Positions 57,475 to 64,000 of a DNA stretch of 64,000 bases are shown piece after piece. The position numbers and the translations under genes are program-made. Source of the DNA: Candidatus Gastranaerophilales bacterium (lineage in GTDB: Bacteria > Cyanobacteriota > Vampirovibrionia > Gastranaerophilales > Gastranaerophilaceae); the NCBI GenBank assembly GCA_944323035.1, contig CALUQY010000001.1:3131-67130 (forward strand), given 5' to 3'. Numbering within the stretch: the stretch's first letter is position 1; every line of letters begins with the position of its first letter. The notes below the pieces were generated by a model that searched no databases, was not told where the DNA came from, and saw only the letters and a list, made by a program, of their open reading frames with translations.

Positions 57475-58119
57475 ATGTTTACAGGTATAATTGAAGAAAT
57501 CGGAGAAATAAAAAGTTTTCAACGCACGGCATCCGGAAGCGCTGTCGTAGAAGTATTCTGCCGCAAAATTCTTGAAGATATAAAGCTTGGCGACAGTATC
57601 GCAATTAACGGTGTGTGCCAGACTGTTGTTGAATTTACTCTTAACTTTTTTAAAGTGGAAGTCAGCCCGGAAACACTTGCGGTAACGAACTTTTCGGAGC
57701 TTCATGCCGGAATACCTGTAAACCTTGAGCGCGCGCTTACACCGGCGACGCGTATGGGCGGACACATCGTTCAGGGGCATGTTGATTTGACAGGCAGGCT
57801 TTTAAAAGTTGAAAAGCTTGATAATTTTTACAATATGTACTTTGAAACAACAGACACAAAATATATTGTAAAAAAGGGTTCAATTGCAGTAAACGGAATA
57901 AGTTTAACGGTTGCGGACGTCAATGAAACCTGTTTCAAAATCGCCGTGATACCGCACACGTTTGAAAATACAACCCTTAAATTGCTTAAAACCGGAGAGA
58001 GCGTAAACATTGAAACCGACATTCTCGGGCGTTATGTTGAAAAATTTTTATCTCTGAATGATAATAATGTTGAAAGTAAGATAAGTATGGAGTTTCTAAG
58101 GGAAAATGGGTTTGTTTAG
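57475..58119 (+). CDS. ribE: Riboflavin synthase (alpha chain)
   Basis: MFTGIIEEIGEI...NGVCQTV... with duplicated lumazine-binding half-domains. Confidence 0.85.
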   Translation: MFTGIIEEIGEIKSFQRTASGSAVVEVFCRKILEDIKLGDSIAINGVCQTVVEFTLNFFKVEVSPETLAVTNFSELHAGIPVNLERALTPATRMGGHIVQGHVDLTGRLLKVEKLDNFYNMYFETTDTKYIVKKGSIAVNGISLTVADVNETCFKIAVIPHTFENTTLKLLKTGESVNIETDILGRYVEKFLSLNDNNVESKISMEFLRENGFV

Positions 58120-59320
58120 TTTCAAATTTGATAAAATAGAAGACGCGATTAAGGATTATAAAGCAGGAAAGCCTGTTATTGTAGCTGATGACGAGGATAG
58201 AGAGAATGAAGGCGATCTGATTTGTTCGGCACAAATGGCAACGCCTGAGATTATAAACTTTATGGCGCGTGAATGCCGCGGGCTGATATGCCTCGCGATA
58301 GACCACACTATTGCAGAGCGGCTTGAATTACCGCAAATGGTTGAAAATAATACAGAAGGGATGAAAACAGCTTTCACGCTAAGTATTGACGGCGCAGAGA
58401 AATTCGGTGTTACCACAGGGATTTCAGCTTATGACAGAGCAAAAACTATTGAAATCGCGATTGCACCTGACGCGGTTCCGTCAGATTTAAGACGTCCGGG
58501 GCACGTTTTCCCGTGTATGGCAAGGAAAGGCGGGGTTCTAACCCGTACAGGGCACACAGAAGCTGCCGTTGATCTTGCAAAAATCTGCGGTCACGCTCCG
58601 GCGGGTGTCATGTGCGAAATTATGATGGACGACGGTCAAATGGCAAGACGCGACGATTTAAGACAATTTGCCAATCATCACGATATCAAATTCATTTCTG
58701 TAGCACAATTGATTGCATACCGGCTTCAATCCGAGAAATTCGTGACACGCGATGCAGAAGCAAATCTTCCGACACAATTCGGCGATTTTAAAATTTACGG
58801 CTACACGAACCACCTTAACGGTCAGGAACACGTTGCGCTTGTAAAAGACGACGGTTCTGACAAAATGCCGTTAATCCGTGTCCACAGTGAATGTTTAACA
58901 GGAGATATTTTCCATAGTTTAAAATGCGACTGTAATCAACAGCTTCACGAAGCACTAAAAATGATAAACGAACACGGCAAAGGCGCACTTGTTTATCTCA
59001 AAGGACAGGAAGGCCGCGGCATCGGAATTGTTAATAAAATCAAAGCTTATGCCCTGCAAGAACAGGGGCAGGATACTATAGAAGCTAATATTTCTCTCGG
59101 ATTCAAACCGGATTTGCGCGAATACGGCGTAGGCGCACAGATTATCCGCGATATAGGTTTTATGGAATTTGACCTCATTACAAACAACCCTAAAAAAATA
59201 GTTGGGTTGGAGGGTTACGGATTGACTATTCATGATATAGTTAATATAAAGCCTGAAATTAATCAGTACAATGAAAAATATATCAACACAAAAAAAGAGA
59301 AAATGTGTCACATGATATAA
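58106..59320 (+). CDS. ribBA: Bifunctional 3,4-dihydroxy-2-butanone-4-phosphate synthase / GTP cyclohydrolase II
   Basis: RibB motif DDEDRENEGDL; RibA zinc site CLTGD....CDC. Confidence 0.9.
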   Translation: MGLFSFKFDKIEDAIKDYKAGKPVIVADDEDRENEGDLICSAQMATPEIINFMARECRGLICLAIDHTIAERLELPQMVENNTEGMKTAFTLSIDGAEKFGVTTGISAYDRAKTIEIAIAPDAVPSDLRRPGHVFPCMARKGGVLTRTGHTEAAVDLAKICGHAPAGVMCEIMMDDGQMARRDDLRQFANHHDIKFISVAQLIAYRLQSEKFVTRDAEANLPTQFGDFKIYGYTNHLNGQEHVALVKDDGSDKMPLIRVHSECLTGDIFHSLKCDCNQQLHEALKMINEHGKGALVYLKGQEGRGIGIVNKIKAYALQEQGQDTIEANISLGFKPDLREYGVGAQIIRDIGFMEFDLITNNPKKIVGLEGYGLTIHDIVNIKPEINQYNEKYINTKKEKMCHMI

Positions 59321-59338
59321 ACCGAAAAAGGATATTAG

Positions 59339-60334
59339 ATGCAGGAATTAACCAGATGCGTAAAAGTTTTATCAAGAAAATACTATGCCGCATTCAAACC
59401 GTTGTATGAAGACTTCTGCCGTAGCGCCGTTACGGAATATAAATTTGAACTCGACCCGCTTGATTACGACAGCTTTATTGAATCACTTGAAAACCGTTTA
59501 ATTAACTGCATTATTTATATTGAAAACGAAATCCCAAAGGCTTTTCTCGTTTATACCCTGGCAATTTCAGAATCAATAGAGTTGAATATAATTCACAGCC
59601 AGAATTTTGAACATCTGGCTCAAAGAAGCTGTGCTCTGATTAAATTTTTTATGGAAGAGGTTAAAACGGAAAGAAGAGAAAAAGTTGTCTGCTATCCTAT
59701 GCTTGGCAAGCAAAAAGGAATTGTCGGCGAGATTTCACTTCTGGGCTTTAAATTTGTAGGCATTGCTGTTTTAAGATTTTTACTTCACGAAACGACCTCG
59801 CGCCAGATATTGAATATTGCTGCAATGAGCGAAATGCCAAAAGATTATTCAATTAAATACTGGGAAGATAAATATATGAATGATGCGGTTCGCGTCGTTC
59901 AGAATGCGTTTTCGACCAGTGCTGACGCACTTTTTGACACAAGATTTGCCTCTCTTGACGGGACTTATGACATCCTGAACAAAATTGTCACAAATGTTTA
60001 CGCAGACTTTTTCCCTGCAGCATCAACCGTCCTGATGTATAAAGGGAAACCCGTCGGGTTTTGTTTTGCAAATGTCACAGGGGGCAGAATTGTTAATATC
60101 CCTATTTTTGCAATTGCAAAAAAACATCAGGCAAAAGGCTTATCAAAATACCTTCTTGCCGAAACCCTCAACAGAGTTCTGGCAATAAGCGATGAAAACC
60201 AGCTTCCTATTACCGAAATCAATACGAATACTGAAACAAATAATTTTCAGGCTCTGAAAATGTACAGAAACCTCGGTTTCAAAGAAGATTACAACTATCC
60301 TCAATCATACCTTCCGGCAACGAACAAATTTTAA
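59339..60334 (+). CDS. Hypothetical protein with C-terminal GNAT acetyltransferase-like domain
   Basis: C-terminus ...GFCFANV...IAKKHQAKGLSKYLLAETLNRV...ALKMYRNLGFKE resembles the GNAT motif A region. Confidence 0.45.
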   Translation: MQELTRCVKVLSRKYYAAFKPLYEDFCRSAVTEYKFELDPLDYDSFIESLENRLINCIIYIENEIPKAFLVYTLAISESIELNIIHSQNFEHLAQRSCALIKFFMEEVKTERREKVVCYPMLGKQKGIVGEISLLGFKFVGIAVLRFLLHETTSRQILNIAAMSEMPKDYSIKYWEDKYMNDAVRVVQNAFSTSADALFDTRFASLDGTYDILNKIVTNVYADFFPAASTVLMYKGKPVGFCFANVTGGRIVNIPIFAIAKKHQAKGLSKYLLAETLNRVLAISDENQLPITEINTNTETNNFQALKMYRNLGFKEDYNYPQSYLPATNKF

Positions 60335-60383
60335 ATTTTTATGTTATACTCAATAGCGGAAGGATTATTAGGGAGAATGTGCT

Positions 60384-61220
60384 ATGTTAAGAGGACCTTT
60401 TTTAGACAGAAGCTGGATGGGACAAAATGAAGATTACAACTCTTCTTCAATTGTAATGCTCGGACTGCCGTTTGACGGAACTGTTTCATACCGCTCAGGC
60501 TCGCGTTTTGCGCCGGAGCAGATAAGACTTGCAAGCTGGGGGCTGGAAGAATATTCTCCGCGTTTTGATAAAACTCTTGAGGCAGTAAACTTTCACGATG
60601 CCGGCGACCTTGAATTTCCGCTCGGCAACACTTATAAAACACTTGAGGTCATAGAACAAAATGTAGAAGACATTTACCGTGACGGCAAACGCGTTTTCGG
60701 CATAGGCGGCGAACACCTCGTAACTTTACCGGAAATAAAAGCTGTATCAAAGTTTTATGATAATCTCGCAATTATCCATTTTGACGCGCACACAGACCTT
60801 AGAGAAGAATATTTAGGCGAAGAAATGTCACACTCTGCCGTAATCCGCCATGCCTCAAAAATTGTCGGGCCGCAAAACATTAAGCAAATCGGAATTCGCT
60901 CCGGTATGAAAGAGGAGTGGGAATTTATGAAAAAATACAACACGCTTGCACATAAATATTCCGATTTAGATGAACTGCGCGGCAAAAATATTTTTGTTAC
61001 GGTGGATTTAGATGTTTTAGACCCTTCCGTCATGCCGGGAACCGGTACTCCTGAAGCCGGCGGGCTTGAATTTAACGAGCTTGCTGGCTGGTTTGAATAC
61101 CTGAAAAACTTTAATATTATCGGCGCAGACGTAGTAGAACTTGCACCGGACTACGATGCATCAGGTGTTTCAACCGCCGTTGCGACAAAAGTTATCAGAG
61201 AATTACTCATGGTGATGTGA
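60384..61220 (+). CDS. speB: Arginase-family ureohydrolase, probably agmatinase
   Basis: Mn ligand motifs GGEH..T...I.....HFDAHTDL...SAVI...VDLDVLDPS. Confidence 0.65.
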   Translation: MLRGPFLDRSWMGQNEDYNSSSIVMLGLPFDGTVSYRSGSRFAPEQIRLASWGLEEYSPRFDKTLEAVNFHDAGDLEFPLGNTYKTLEVIEQNVEDIYRDGKRVFGIGGEHLVTLPEIKAVSKFYDNLAIIHFDAHTDLREEYLGEEMSHSAVIRHASKIVGPQNIKQIGIRSGMKEEWEFMKKYNTLAHKYSDLDELRGKNIFVTVDLDVLDPSVMPGTGTPEAGGLEFNELAGWFEYLKNFNIIGADVVELAPDYDASGVSTAVATKVIRELLMVM

Positions 61221-61267
61221 GCCTGAAACTCTTTTACAACCGTATTATTACGAATTATACGACCTAG

Positions 61268-63256
<1,989 letters not shown>

Positions 63257-63260
63257 TAAT

Positions 63261-63689
63261 ATGAAAAAGAATAAATTGAGAGTTATACAAATATCAGGTA
63301 TCAGAGGCCTGCTTTCCGCAGCATTTATAGTAATCTGCCTTGCCGCAGGCTTTATTGGTTTTCCGGCACTGGTTCTAAATAAACTCTGGAACCATATCGC
63401 AGACATTACCGGCGCAATCCCGTATATAAATATGTTTCAGGGGCTGATACTCTGGGCTATCCTTGCGGTTTCATACCTCATCATCAATAAAAAGCAAAAA
63501 TACCTCGTTGCGTTTGAACCGCAAACAAGTAAAAGAGAAATTAAAGACATCATAAACGAAATAAAATCCCAAACCGCCGAGTTGAAACACGAAACTCCTC
63601 CGCTGGAAACTCAGGATATAAAAATTCAACCGGCAGCACAAAAAAATTCAGAACAAAAGGAAGAAGAAAAATCTAAAGAGGTAGTTTAA
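63261..63689 (+). CDS. Hypothetical membrane protein
   Basis: Two TM helices, then a charged tail. Coupled to ligA upstream and to the next ORF by TAATG overlap. Confidence 0.4.
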   Translation: MKKNKLRVIQISGIRGLLSAAFIVICLAAGFIGFPALVLNKLWNHIADITGAIPYINMFQGLILWAILAVSYLIINKKQKYLVAFEPQTSKREIKDIINEIKSQTAELKHETPPLETQDIKIQPAAQKNSEQKEEEKSKEVV

Positions 63690-64000
63690 TGAAAAAGAAA
63701 AATTTACTTGCAATATTCTTATTATTGCTTTTTGCAATGTGTGTAACAACTCCGGTACAGGCAAAACCGCAGGGTTCAATCTATGTTGATGCAACCTCCA
63801 ACCTTGACCTTAAACCGGACGTGGTCGAATTTAACGTAATCGTTACGACAAAAGACAAAACTTCACTTGAAAATGCGTCAATCGCAAACAAAGAAATTTC
63901 AACAAAAGTTTATCAAGCCTTAAACACTATGATTGACAAAACAAAGGGCGATTATATTAAAACAATAGACTACTCCGCAAGCCCTTCATATTACTACAAC
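63689..64000 (+). CDS. SIMPL-domain (DUF541) periplasmic protein, 3' end beyond window
   Basis: Signal peptide, then GSIYVDATSNLDLKPDVVEFNVIVTTKDKTSLENASIANKEISTKVYQAL, matching the SIMPL N-terminal pattern. Confidence 0.5.
   Translation, partial: MKKKNLLAIFLLLLFAMCVTTPVQAKPQGSIYVDATSNLDLKPDVVEFNVIVTTKDKTSLENASIANKEISTKVYQALNTMIDKTKGDYIKTIDYSASPSYYYN

Overview
Low-GC bacterial chromosomal window; the gene content and the many pilin-like paralogs suggest an Elusimicrobia-like organism, but that is inference only. Conserved housekeeping genes (all named calls are by eye from motifs; no search was run): ftsH, ligA, ribE-ribBA, queE, ilvE, cdd, trmL, nnr, a four-subunit 2-oxoacid:ferredoxin oxidoreductase, a three-ORF split glutamate synthase, and a pilP-pilQ-pilB-pilC type IV pilus / T2SS assembly operon. 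No rRNA, tRNA or CRISPR array was recognised. Accessory content worth attention: (1) seven G10-G14 homopolymeric tracts (C on the + strand), each at the 5' end of a surface-structure gene. Four sit in type IV pilin-like paralogs (two in frame, two out of frame). Three sit in tandem AlgJ/AlgX-like (DHHW) paralogs around an MBOAT acyltransferase. Together they look like a set of contingency loci for pilins and polysaccharide O-acylation. (2) A conserved composite 5' architecture on the pilin-like paralogs: promoter, arrays of 8-bp repeats, a hairpin, RBS-ATG-polyG, then a GC-rich repeat-derived segment translated as an unusually long prepilin leader. (3) A MITE-like repeat family whose ends are tandem TTAATAAG octamers and whose interior carries GC-rich hairpin modules, scattered through intergenic regions. 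(4) A repeat-flanked islet carrying a K/E/A-rich coiled-coil membrane-anchored protein, a higBA toxin-antitoxin pair bracketed by a duplicated terminator, and two tandem small-RNA candidates with consensus sigma70 promoters.
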